Source of the DNA: Azolla caroliniana
Taxonomy: Eukaryota > Plantae > Polypodiophyta
Direction of reading: 5' to 3'
DNA: 64,000 nt
NCBI GenBank assembly: GCA_043228905.1
Contig: JBHGNT010000002.1
Span: forward strand, 3,472,001-3,536,000
This document shows positions 52,401 through 63,275 of this stretch, in pieces (the first letter of the stretch is position 1; every line of letters starts with the position of its first letter). The notes under the pieces were generated by a model. It had not been told where the DNA came from, did not search any database, and saw nothing but the letters and a program-made list of their open reading frames with translations. The position numbers and the translations under genes were made by a program.

Positions 52401-54766
52401 GGTGAAGAAAGAGAACCGGCCGAGGAAGATGAAAATGATACCGGAACCGTTCCCGATCCCGAAATGGATTCGGATGAAGAAGAAGAATCGGGAGAACCGG
52501 TTACCGAAGCTCCGGAACGGAGATATCCTCTAAGAGAGAGAAGGGCCCCCCGGAGATTTCCGGAACCAGAGCACGTGCTACTAACCGACGAGGGGGAGCC
52601 GGAGAGCTTTGAAGAAGCAAAGCATGACACCCAGAGCCGCAAGTGGTTGAGTGCCATGCAGGACGAGATGGATTCCCTGCATGAGAACCACACATATGAA
52701 CTTGTGGAGTTGCCGAAAGGAAAGCGGGCACTTCGAAACAAGTGGGTGTTCAAGCTGAAACCGGGAGATGCCGGAAACCCCCCGAGATACAAAGCCAGGA
52801 TCGTGGTGAAGGGGTTTCAGCAGAAGAAGGGCGTCGACTTCGACGAGATATTTGCCCCGGTAGTGAAGATGACCTCTATCCGGACGGTGCTGAGCATAGC
52901 GGCAAGCATGGACCTCGAGGTAGAACAGATGGACGTGAAGACGGCATTCCTTCACGGTGACCTCGATGAAGAGATCTACATGCAGCAACCGGAAGGATTC
53001 GAGAAGAAAGGGAAGGAGCACCTGGTATGCCGGTTGAAGAAGAGCCTTTACGGACTGAAGCAGGCTCCCCGGCAATGGTACCGGAAGTTCGATTCCTTCA
53101 TGACCGACGAAGGGTACCTCAAAACGCAGTCCGACCACTGCGTGTTTGTGAAGAAGTTCGAAGGAGGAGACTCTCTAATACTCCTCCTGTACGTGGACGA
53201 CATGTTGATCGTCGGACGGGACCAGGTCAAGATACGGATGCTGAAGAAGGCTCTTCACCGAACCTTCTCAATGAAGGACCTGGGTCCGGCGAGGCAAATA
53301 CTAGGGATGCACATCATCCGGGACCGGAAGAAGAAGCAGTTGGGTCTGTCACAGGAGAAGTACGTGACGAAGGTGCTTCACCGGTTCAACATGTCGGAAG
53401 CGAGACCGGTCGGATCGACCCTCCCGACAAACTGCAAGCTGACCAGCAAGCAAAGTCCCAAGACAAAGGCTGAAAAGGAGGATATGATGGAAGTGCCGTA
53501 TGCCTCAGCCGTCGGGAGCTTGATGTACGCCATGGTGTGTACGAGACCGGACATAGGATATGCAGTCGGAGTGGTGAGCCGGTACATGAGCAATCCCGGC
53601 AAAGAGCACTGGAACGCGGTCAAGTGGATACTCCGATACCTGAAGGGCACGGCAAACGTGTGCCTCCGATTCGGCTCCGGTAAGCCCGAACTCGAAGGCT
53701 TTACTGATTCTGATATGTCGGCTGATGCAGATACCAGCCGGTCCACATCAGGGTATGTGATGACGTATGCAGGGGGAGCTGTTTCGTGGCAGTCGAGGCT
53801 GCAGAAGACGGTTGCGTTGTCAACCACGGAGGCGGAGTACATGGCGGCTGTTGAAGCCGGCAAGGAAATAATATGGATGAAGGACTTCATTAGAGAGCTC
53901 GGTATCCGGCAGGAGGAGTACCGACTCTACTGCGACAGTCAGAGTGCAATCCACCTTGCAAAGAACGCGGCCTATCACTCCCGGACGAAGCACATCCAGC
54001 GAAGATATCACTGGATCCGGGAAAGGATAGAAGACAAGGAGTTCGTGCTGACGAAGATCCACACGGACGAGAACGGGTCGGATATGCTGACCAAGGTGCT
54101 CACACCCGACAAGCTGGAAGCATGCCGGAAGAGGATCGGATTGGAGAAACATCCCATGCCGAAGTGAAGGGGGAGTTTGTTGGGATTACGGTCCCTTCGG
54201 ATGGGATGGTCGGATCCGGTTGTCGGTTTCGGATCCGGATGACGAAGACCCCAGTTTCGGTACCGGATGACGAATGTACCCGGAGAGCGATCCGGATGCA
54301 GGGACATATCCGTGAATATGTTCGCTATGGGCCCCTGAGGCTACAGTTGTAAATAGCCCAAAGTCATATGAGTATAAATATGACTTAGGGCAAACTGTTT
54401 TGTTGTTGCTTCTCATTTTTCTGTTTTTCCACTCAAGAGGAGTGAAGAGTAAGCAGCCGTGAGAGAGAGAGTGAGAGAGATAGAGCGCGAGAGAGGAAGA
54501 GGACGACGCCTCTGTGTATTTCCGCCGCCTGTGGCGAGGACAGCGAGCTCAAGGTTGTCGCCTTGGAGCTCGTCATTGTATACTTCTCTTTGTATAGTGT
54601 TGTTTGGAGTCTTGTACTCCCGTGGTTTTTCCCATCTAGGGTTTTCCACGTTAATCACTGTGTACTCGTGTATTTCTCTTTTGGTTCCTATTTTCTGCTC
54701 CATTGATCCGCAATTACTCGGTTGTGGCCGACTGAAGAAGGTGAATCGAAGCGTTGATTCTCAACA
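49473..54766 (+). mobile_element. Intact young Ty1/Copia element A (Tnt1/Tork-like)
   Basis: 589-bp LTRs at 49473-50061 and 54178-54766 (TG...CA) with no differences seen. TSD ATACT, PBS tggtatcagagc at 50065-50076, PPT gaagggggag at 54166-54175. Confidence 0.97.
50091..54167 (+). CDS. Copia Gag-Pol polyprotein (Gag, CCHC, PR, GAG-pre-INT, INT, RT, RNase H)
   Basis: Uninterrupted ORF with CFHCGKPGHFRKNC, WVVDSGAS, WHKRLCH...C..C, INT D-D-E (HTDV, ADNGGEY, AERMN), GKLDPK, RT YVDDM and RNase H TDSD...TEAEY...CDSQSA. Confidence 0.97.
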   Translation: MEGGGSGQPGMMVLNAQNYADWKIKMEDLLIVRDLYEPIDRSEIPKGVLESEWKLLNRKAVATIRQYVDVSVLQHVANDTNAYEMWKKLSGLYERKNALNRTSLMRKIVNLKYRDGESMVEHVSTFMGFVNQLAAIKFPLEDAMQAIILMCTLPDSWENLVVTLSTSCTEDNLSLQTVKTSILNEEARRRDKEPASEPKMLFTESDRGRQWNRSPQRREKSGTRSQSRGRPTCFHCGKPGHFRKNCRHYRKDNGADDTDSKKSPERNGAYRGATDRRGSDRRGQDRKGTTALAASEEEIMLITEEGELNIAGDETTWVVDSGASFHLTPERRYFSSYTAGEHGCVRMGNEGTCRIAGIGDVWLTTPTGCKMLLKNVRHVPEVRLNLISAGRLDDEGYTGSIRNGVMKFSKGSLIVARARKVNTLYLMNAWLCPEELNVAADTAGELWHKRLCHMSEKGMKRLAEDNLIPVKHVHLEKCTDCLAGKQNRTSFHSRPPTRRSAPLELVHTDVCQVETKSHGGAQYFVTFIDDHSRKLWTAPMKTKDQVLCVFKELHARVERESGKKLKAIRADNGGEYRGQFQEYCRSKGIRLEFTVPKTPELNGLAERMNRTIMERVRSMLAHAKLPKGFWAEAMSTATYVINRSPSVPLDGDTPQRVWTGREVSYRHLKVFGCLAYVHVAKDRRGKLDPKTRPCIFLGYGDDEFGYRVWDPVDKKIFRSRDIVFMEDKTLTDWESEKKMKSSKSTGEDKLYEEQSRPARDRLALEDPAEDGEEREPAEEDENDTGTVPDPEMDSDEEEESGEPVTEAPERRYPLRERRAPRRFPEPEHVLLTDEGEPESFEEAKHDTQSRKWLSAMQDEMDSLHENHTYELVELPKGKRALRNKWVFKLKPGDAGNPPRYKARIVVKGFQQKKGVDFDEIFAPVVKMTSIRTVLSIAASMDLEVEQMDVKTAFLHGDLDEEIYMQQPEGFEKKGKEHLVCRLKKSLYGLKQAPRQWYRKFDSFMTDEGYLKTQSDHCVFVKKFEGGDSLILLLYVDDMLIVGRDQVKIRMLKKALHRTFSMKDLGPARQILGMHIIRDRKKKQLGLSQEKYVTKVLHRFNMSEARPVGSTLPTNCKLTSKQSPKTKAEKEDMMEVPYASAVGSLMYAMVCTRPDIGYAVGVVSRYMSNPGKEHWNAVKWILRYLKGTANVCLRFGSGKPELEGFTDSDMSADADTSRSTSGYVMTYAGGAVSWQSRLQKTVALSTTEAEYMAAVEAGKEIIWMKDFIRELGIRQEEYRLYCDSQSAIHLAKNAAYHSRTKHIQRRYHWIRERIEDKEFVLTKIHTDENGSDMLTKVLTPDKLEACRKRIGLEKHPMPK

Positions 54767-57140
54767 ATACTCTGGTCCAGGGGTTCCAACGGTTCATCAG
54801 ATAGTTGCTCCATCGGCTTCTACTGCCGCTGCTCCGATTGTTGTTGTTGTTGTGGTTTCTGCTGTTGTTGCTCTCCGACCTGACCCTCCTCCTTGGCTCC
54901 ATACGCTCCCGGCTCTATTGGTATCAACACCTCCGGATTTGGCTTCTCTGTCCTTGGCTTCTCTTGTGGCTCCCATTCTGCTTCCGCTGGCTCTTTCGGT
55001 TTGGCTACTTCTGACTGCTCCACTCGGGCTTCGTCTGGCTGGCCTCCTCCGGTTTCGGCTACATTCAGTGGTTGCTTCGGAGATTGCTCTCTGTCACTTA
55101 TGTTGATTGTCGCCATCATTTGCGATGCCACATGCCGTCTACGCTCTCGCTCGTACCGCTCAAATTGGAGTTGAGTGGCAAGTTGGTCATCATCCAACTG
55201 TTCTACCAGTTGCCTCACATCCGCCAAATGTTCTCCCGCTAGGGACAAGAAATCGTCCGACAACTCCTCCTAGATGGTTACAATGCTCTTCGCATCCATC
55301 TTGTAGAAATTGTCATCGTCCTTTCTTCGGTTCTCAGCATCCGCTCGTAGAGTCTGTAATTCCACCGCCTCTTGTGCCCATTTTGACCACCCTTGTACTA
55401 AGCTTTCCTCAATCATACTCTTTGTCCTTTCTTTCCATGCTAGCACAATGGCACGGATCCGGCTGAGCCCCATCTTGGATTTGTCCTCCGCAACATGTTT
55501 TTCCTCTTTTAACTGCTTTATCAGGCCCTCGGTTGCCTGTGCTTGCACCCCATATTCTAGCAATTGGGTTTGATACGTTATCTGAACCCTATTTAGAGCC
55601 AATTTTGCTCGTTCCATCTCGTCATAGTGTTGTCCGGTGAGCACTGTCCTTTCTCTTGCCGCTTCCTCTAGCTGCTTTGTCGACTCAACCGCCTTCGTTA
55701 GTTCTTCTGACAACGCCTCCGTTTTCTTGGTTTCTTCATTTTGGAGTTCACTTATCTTCTCATGTTGCCGGTCACATTCCGACATCAACTTCTTGTGCTC
55801 TGATTCCAAGTGCTTGTGATCTCGATGCAGTCTTTCAAAGTCCTCGGTCTTCTGATTTAACCTTCGGTTAATTTGATTTCTTGCTCGGTCTTCTCTGTCT
55901 TTCTATTGTCGGAGCTCTTCTTTCAGTCGTTTAATCTCTCTTCTGCCATCCGGTGCAACTTGTCTTTTTCTTGTAACAATTTGTCCTTTTCCTCTTTTAA
56001 CCGGTTGTTGGCTTCATGAGTCTTTTGGAGGTTTTCTTCTATTTTTCGCTTCTCCTCCTCCGCTGTCTTCTTCTGTTCCATGTCTCTGGCCCGCAAGGCC
56101 TCCTGAGCTGCTAACTCCTCCCTTAGGTCGGAGAGTTCTTATTTGTGCACATTACTTGTGTCTGGCAGTGTAGGAGATACCGACGTGTTATTTATTTGTT
56201 CAATCACCGGTGCCACCGGTTCTGGTCCTGGCTGTCCCGAACTGACTTGTCTGGCCGCGTCCGCTTTGGCCTTCTCAACTTCTTCCTCCATGCTCTGGAG
56301 CCTTGACCGGGCTTTCTCGAGTTCTTCGGTTGTGGCGAACAACCGGTCCCTTTGTGCTCTCTCTTCGGCTTCAAGATGGCGCACCACCCCGACCACTTGC
56401 TCCCCGATCCAACGTAGCCATTGATTGCCGGTGCCTTGTTGTGGTGTCGGCTCGGGTCTCGCCTCAAGCCCTTGTTGTACAATTGTCTCCAGTAATAACT
56501 CCCTTTCTTGCTGTGCCTGTCGGCCTGGTGAGGTAGGTAGTTCTATAACCGGTTTTGGTAGTATCGGTGCCACCGCTTCTGGCCGAACATGCCTAGTCTC
56601 TTGCCTTAGCTCTCGTCACTCGGAGCGGGGAGTCAGTGTGTTGTCCTCTACCGGACCCGATTTGTCCCCTTGCTACTCCGCGTCGCTTCTCTTTTGGCGA
56701 TGTAGGAAATTGTCGGGGGGTTCTTCCTCCGTCTCCTCCTCTTGGGTTCCGATGTTAATTCTTTGAGCCAAGGTGGGCGACTCTTGCTCTTGCTGGCGTA
56801 GTTTAATTTTAAGAGGCTTTACCGGTGGTTCTACCGGGGCCTTGGTCTTTGCCTGCCGCTTCCGGCTGGGCTGTTCCTTTTCCTTTTGTGCAGATCCTCC
56901 CTTTGTCCAACCGGGAGTGTGCTTGGTGTGGAGTTTTTGCCGCTTTGAAGGCTTGTTTGGTGTTGCATCCGTTGCTCGGCTCCGCTTCTTCACCGTTATT
57001 GCTGGCACTGGTGGTGCAAGGAGGGTGAGCCATTGGGCCACCGCTGTCCATACTTTCTTGCCATCCACTACGGATTGGATGGCCACTCGCACAAAATCGG
57101 CGATGATTACCAACCGATCCACTTTCACCCCTTCGTATGT

Positions 57141-57751
57141 TGTTGTAAAAAGTAGCGTGCAGAAGCAAGTATGAAGACAGAACAAAAGGAAGGAAACTCA
57201 GGTTTAATGGAGAGCTTGAGCTTACGCAGTATACGCGGGAGAGACAGAGGGAGTGAGAGAGAAGTCACAAAAATATATAATAGAAGTACACAATCTCTAT
57301 TCACCTCACTCTATACATATGTGTGTTCCATGAACACTTTTATACAAGTCCTTGAAGGACTGACCGAAGTACTGACCGTACTTCAATGCTCTTTAAGAGC
57401 TCCTACACTAACTCCCAAATATATTCCTCACGAAATATCTTTCCTAACGGCCTCCCGGTTTACACACTCGGCCTAACCGATCGGTCCCAACCGATCCGGT
57501 CCTCGGCTTCTTCAGCCGATCCGGCCGATGTTGAGCTTGTCTCTCAACACTCCCCCTCAAGATCAACTTGAGGCTCTTCGGGATCTTCACAGTACCGGTT
57601 CCTCCTGGCTTCACGCCTCGCTCGCGCTCCTCGACCTGTTCGACTCTGCGCGCTTCGACCCTTCCGGTCGGCTCGTCTGCTCATGTGGCCCTTATCAGCT
57701 CTTCTGCTGTTGCGGTGTCGACACTTCTTCTGCTGGGTCGAAGCACGCTAC
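57141..57751 (-). mobile_element. LTR element D, 3' end: LTR 57141-57549, PPT 57550-57559; interrupted by the DNA transposon
   Basis: Minus strand reads cttgagggggag|TGTTGAGAG...TTTACAACA, a Copia-style PPT/LTR junction with a TATA-like tataaaa inside. It lies within the ORF of element C. The partner LTR is outside the window. Confidence 0.7.
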
Positions 57752-58279
57752 GGGGTACCAAAAAAGTATTGTTTTTGGCCACAAAAATTGTCAGTACTTT
57801 CAATACTGTTAGTACTGAATAATTCAGAAAAAAAATTAGAGAAAAAGAAAATCGATTTTGGAGAGTGGGGTGACTGTAGTACAAGTGTCATTTACTGTAG
57901 AAGGAGTGGGGGGAACACGTGAGGAGATGTTCTTCCATTTTGGGGGCTATTTTCCCCTCACGTCGATTTTGGCGCTTCCCCTCACGTCGTTTTGGCGATT
58001 CCCCTCATACTGTTCTTCCTCTATCTCTATGAGCTTTTCATCACAGACATCCATGTCACGTTTCTAATTTTCCTTCAATCTAAATCTCAGACATCCATGT
58101 CTGGTTGGAGAGTTTGAGTTGAGGATTTCTGATTTTTTTAGGGTTTCTGTTTTTGTTAGGTTTCGGTTGAGGTACAGAGACTGTTCTGAGGGTTTAGGTA
58201 GCAGCCAATAGTCACTTCTTTGACAACGACTTTCGTACTTCCACCGATTGCAGTTGATGTCGTGGTGATTTGGGGCTTT

Positions 58280-58864
58280 TTCCACCAAATCGAGGCGGCA
58301 TTGGAGGTTCCTTCCACCAAATCGAGGCGGCATATCCAACGCTCCCTCAACCATTGGAGGTTCCTTCCACCAAATCGAGGCTGCATATCCACGCTCCCTC
58401 CACCATTGGAGGTTCCTTCCACCAAATCGAGGCGGCATATCCAACGCTCCCTCCACCATTGGAGGTTCCTTCCATCCATTTTTTTATTTTCAGTACTAAA
58501 ATGTTTCATTTCTTCATATTTCAGTACTAAATTTTTAGAATTGACATTTGCCATATTTGATATGTAATTCTAATGTTTGAAACAAAATATTTCTCACTTT
58601 GCAGGCCACATTTAAAAACATTTGATTGTGTTTTCTTGGTTGAGTCTATATATCCACGCTCCCTCCACCATTGGAGGTTCCTTCCATCCATTTTTTTCAT
58701 TTTCAGTACTAAAATGTTTCATTTCTTCATATTTCAGTACTAAATTTTTAGAATTGACATTTGCCATATTTGATATGTAATTCTAATGTTTGAAACAAAA
58801 TATTTCTCACTTTGCAGGCCACATTTAAAAACATTTGATTGTGTTTTCTTGGTTGAGTCTATAT
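58280..58864. repeat. Subterminal ~60-bp tandem repeats plus a ~213-bp tandem duplication
   Basis: ttccaccaaatcgaggcggcatatccaacgctccctccaccattggaggttcc occurs 3-4 times; 58437-58650 is duplicated at ~58650-58864. Confidence 0.88.
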
Positions 58865-58919
58865 AACATTAACTACTTTCGCAAGACACTTAATTTTTGT
58901 GGATAAATCTAGTGACCGA

Positions 58920-61900
58920 ATGGGGGTTCCTAACGAGAGTGAGTTGTCAAGTAACTCATGCATATCTGAAAGGACTAAGAGACGAGTGGTTCTTCACATT
59001 GTTCGTTATTTGGTAGAAATAACGAAGAGATTTAGTGAAGAGGATCGTAGGGATATTATTTGTAGAGTGTTACACCATCAAAGTTTGAATGAAGACATGG
59101 AGAGAATAAAATTTAGGGACCAATGTGTTTCAGAAGAGATTGTGGAGTCTATGAAGTCATCCCTAGACTTAGTGAAAGGTGTAGAGAGCTTAGACAAACT
59201 TGCTGCAAAGAGGGCAGCCCTACACATGGTTGTGAATGGTGCGAGAGAAAAAAAATATAGTGATACTAAAGTTGCCTTAGCCCTGGGTATTCAAAGAAGG
59301 AACTTGAGGAAACATCGCCGAAATATACACTCAAGCAAATTCAAGTGGCTGGGGTCGGGACGTAGACGACGATGTGATGCCTTATCTCAAGAGATTATTG
59401 AGAAAGTGGATTCATTTTGGGCCAAAAATACGCGTGTCTCACCAAATAAGAAGGACGTGTGTAGACAATGAATAAGTCAGGGTAAGTACCAGATTCACCC
59501 TAGACACTTCTTGGAGATGACAGAGGTATTCCATTTTTTTATATCAATTCGCATTCCATAACTTTGTGTTTTGACCAAGTGTATATTAATGTTTGCTATA
59601 TATATTGGTTGATGTAGGCTGAATTGTACATGAACTTTAAAGACCAACATCCAAGCTTGACTGTCGGATTCCGCAAGTTCAAAGGTTTGAAACCATTTTA
59701 TGTTAGAAAATTAAATGAGAGGAATACATGTTGTTGTGTGTACCATGTGAAGATGGACATGTTAAGGGTTTCTGTGAATGCAATGCGTACTGATTCTAAG
59801 GGTATACATGGGGAATTATGTGTCTGCACTTGTGAGATTTGTAGACCAAATGGGGAGGATAATAGGTGTAATGCACGAAACATGACTTATGCATCCGTTT
59901 CTGAGCTATGGAGGTTTTGTGTTTGTGAAAAAGAACCATCATGTGAGTGACATCGTCGTACATGTCTATTAAGAACATGTAAGGTTTGTCCGCTACCATT
60001 ATTTTGTAGGCAGGAGCTTGATATGGGAAATAGTCATATCGTGAAATGGAAATATTTGGAGTATGTGACTGAAAATATTGGCAAGGGAGTTGTAACTAAG
60101 CGTATCAAGGAAGTATATAAGGAGACATGTGCTGCTACCCTTGTCTCAGAATTTAAGAAACAACTTGGGGAGTTTATTCCACATAACTTTCGGAGTTATT
60201 GGCAAAATTCACAGTTCAAGGAATGTATTAATAACTTACCAACGGGTGTCATTGTATCCGTTATTGATTTTGCAGAAAACTATACATTTAAAGTTCAAAA
60301 TGAGGTTCAATCAATGCATTGGTACAATGATCAATGTACAATACTTGTACATATTTGCTATTGGAGGCAAGACGGTGAGTTACATAAGAAATCAATATTT
60401 TACATTTCAGATGATAAAAAGCATGATACACTATTTGTTCAACATTGTTTTAAGCTTCACCATGCAGATTTATTTTCTCTAGGGTTAACCTTTAACCGTC
60501 ATTGGGTTTGGTCTGATGGTGCTGCCTCGCAGTTTAAGGCGGCACGATCGTTCTACTTTATCGCCAGGTAATTTTTAATCCATATGTTTAATACTTATCA
60601 TGCAATGTGTAAGGAAGTAAATCTTGTGTTAGTGGATGCATACTAATTATGTTTGTAACTATTAACAAACAGTACTAGTCACATCGATGCATACTAATTA
60701 TGTTTCTAACTATTCGAATCTTGCACTTGTGAATGGATGCATGCATACTAATTTTGTTTGTATTATGTTGTACTAAGTAACTTTTAATCCATGTGAAGTG
60801 TTCTCCATAGACACATTGTACTATGTTGTGTGTTGGTTCTGTACTATGTTGTGTTTACAAAAGGATGTAAAGTACTCATCTTGTACTCATAGTATTGTCC
60901 GTCCTTAAGAGAATTGTACTAAGTATCGATTAATCCATGTGAAGGGTTCTCCATAGACACATTGTACTATGTTGTGTGTTGGTTTTGTACTATGTTGTGT
61001 TTACAAAAGGATGTAAAGTACTCATCTTGTACTTATAGTATTGTCCGTCCTTAAGAGAATTGTACTAATTATGTTTTAATCCATGTGAAGGGTTCTCCAT
61101 AGACACATTGTACTATGTTGTGTGTCCTATCTGTACTATGTTGTGTTTACAGGAGGATATAAAGTACTCATCTTGTACTCATAGTATTGTCCGTCCTTAA
61201 GAGAATTGTACTAAATCAGTATTTACTCATGTTGTACTCATAGTATTGTACTCATCTTGTACTCACCAAAGTAGGTATTTCTCCTTATTCAATATTCGTA
61301 TGCAATGGAATTACTTCGGGTCTGGACATGGAAAAGGAGAGCATGATGGCGCGGGGGCTGTGATCAAACGTGCCCTTACAAGTGAGCAGTTGGATAATAA
61401 TGGCGCTAAGTTACAAAATGCACATGATGTTGTGCAGTGGCTAACATGGAAGATATCAAATGATGGTAAGAACAGATTGTTTGTTGAAGTTCGCGCTGAT
61501 GAGGTCGATAGAACTAAATCATATGGTTGTAAAACCGTGAAAGGCACACGCAGCACCCATTGTGTGTTAGGGTTTAGCCGCAAGGACACAACCCAATTGT
61601 TACTCCGTAGTTTATCATGCTTTTGTTCCATGTGTCTAGATGAAGCTTGGGATAAATGCATCAACCTATCAATCGTGGAGCCCTGGAAGCTGCAGAAGCT
61701 TGAGCCTGAACTACAAGATGATATTGAAGAGGATGTGCATTCAAACGATATTGTATACTACAACCAAAATCAAGACTTGGCAGTTTTATTGGAAGTTGGA
61801 GATCATTTTGCAGTGCTCAAATATTCTCAGAATGAAGATTTAGAAGACTACTACATTGTGGTGTGCAAGCAAGGAAAGACATTATTGAAAGAAGTGGTGA

Positions 61901-62160
61901 GGGATGGTTGGGGCAACAATTTCAACGTTGGTGAGTCTGTCGTGTATGGAAACTATTATGCAAAGTTGCCGCAGTGCAAGAACACATATGCATTACTAAA
62001 AGAAGCACCCATCGCAATAATCTACGCTGATGCCATTCTTGCGATCAAATTCAATATGACTCAAGCAAAGCACAAGGTTAAGGGATACAACACTGTCTAC
62101 AAGGTCCCCCAAGAGGTTCATGAGCACATATTAGGGGAGGTCTCTCTATTTAATGCTTGA
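58920..62160 (+). pseudogene. Three-exon DDD transposase (Sola2-like) with two nonsense codons
   Basis: Exons 58920-59525, 59618-60567 and 61275-62160 join in frame. TGA at 59469 and 59948 lie within otherwise open frames. Motifs: TCCCVYH, DFAENY..VQNEVQSMHW, ISDDKKHD, WSDGAASQFK, WNYFGSGHGKGEHDGAGA and SCFCSMC. Confidence 0.8.
60786..61220. repeat. Three tandem ~146-bp units inside transposase intron 2
   Basis: aatccatgtgaag..ttctccatagacacattgtactatgttgtg...gtccgtccttaagagaattgtactaa at ~60786, ~60932 and ~61078. Confidence 0.9.
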
Positions 62161-63275
62161 AAGTCACCCTATCAATACATTGTACTAGAAAACTGAAAAA
62201 CATCCACTTGGAGTTCACTATTAATTTTGATGATTGACAAATGAATTGATATATTTCGTCTTTCTTCCAAAGGGTTTATGCCTCTCAACCACTTGTACTT
62301 ATCTTTCATAATATATTAGTTGTTATCAACAGGACTTGGATTTCTTCATTGCCGATATTGCTCATGTTTCCTGATGTTATTTGAGCATAGGAGTTTTGCA
62401 GAGTTGGTGTGTCCTCTGTTGGCACATAAATCTGCTCTTCTTTTGCTACCAAGAGAAGATTGTTAGTTGAATTCATTAAAGACTTTAATATTGTAAGATT
62501 TTCTACTGTAAGTTCATTTTTCAAAGGGGGCGATGAATTCTGTGAAGACAACAATGAAAATTATTCTCTCAGAATCCTTTTTTGTTTCATGATATGTCCT
62601 GTGAAGCCATCTGAGTTTTTACTTCTTGTATATAAGTCCTGAATATCCAGGCTATGGATTTTAAAGTACAAACCTTCCTTTCCTTAACAAAATAATCCAA
62701 CTTCTGAAACAATAATTTGTGATAGCTCAAAAAGGTAAGTGTTTCCTTACTACTATTAGTGGATGATTCATCCTTTGGGATGATATCATCAAAATATGGC
62801 CCACATTGCTTCAACAATTTGCACACATTCTGGTTACCGTCCAAATGGGATTGATGAAACAGTCTATACTTCAGGATATCTTCAATAACACCCGATACCC
62901 GATATTTTCTGTTTCTCATCATCAACACCTAAAAACCTAAATTTTCCTAGCAAGCTAAGAAGACTTTCAAGCATTTTATCTACAATAGACTGAAAGACTT
63001 TTGCGAGGATTAGGAGATGATCTCAAAAAAGAAACAAAACGTTGTAAAATAAGAATACTTAGATCAAAAAGTATATTCCCATTGTTTTTGATATATGTTG
63101 ATGAGCAAAATATAGAAGCAATCCTTAAACATGAACTTGATTTCACACTGGTATAACTATTTCAGATTCATGAACTGGATTTTTTACATTGGCAATTGAA
63201 ACAGTATTTTGGTATCCAAATAGTTCAATTTCAGACATCACTAACAACTAAAGTTCAAGTACAATCGAAAGACAA

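Larger units (their letters stand above)
48943..57140 (-). mobile_element. LTR element C, 3' part: 3' LTR 48943-49332, PPT, and a long non-pol coiled-coil ORF interrupted by A and D
   Basis: Minus-strand PPT aaaggggg is followed by TGTAATAAG...GATTAACA, which abuts the B integrase. ORF pieces at 56673-57140, 56139-56573, 55270-55809 and 54820-55263 continue through the TSD of A to ILDILIDE* at 49443. Confidence 0.7.

Noticed and set aside
50070-54307. Numerous antisense and alternate-frame ORFs over Copia A (and likewise over E)
   Set aside because: Expected shadow ORFs of a GC-rich coding sequence.
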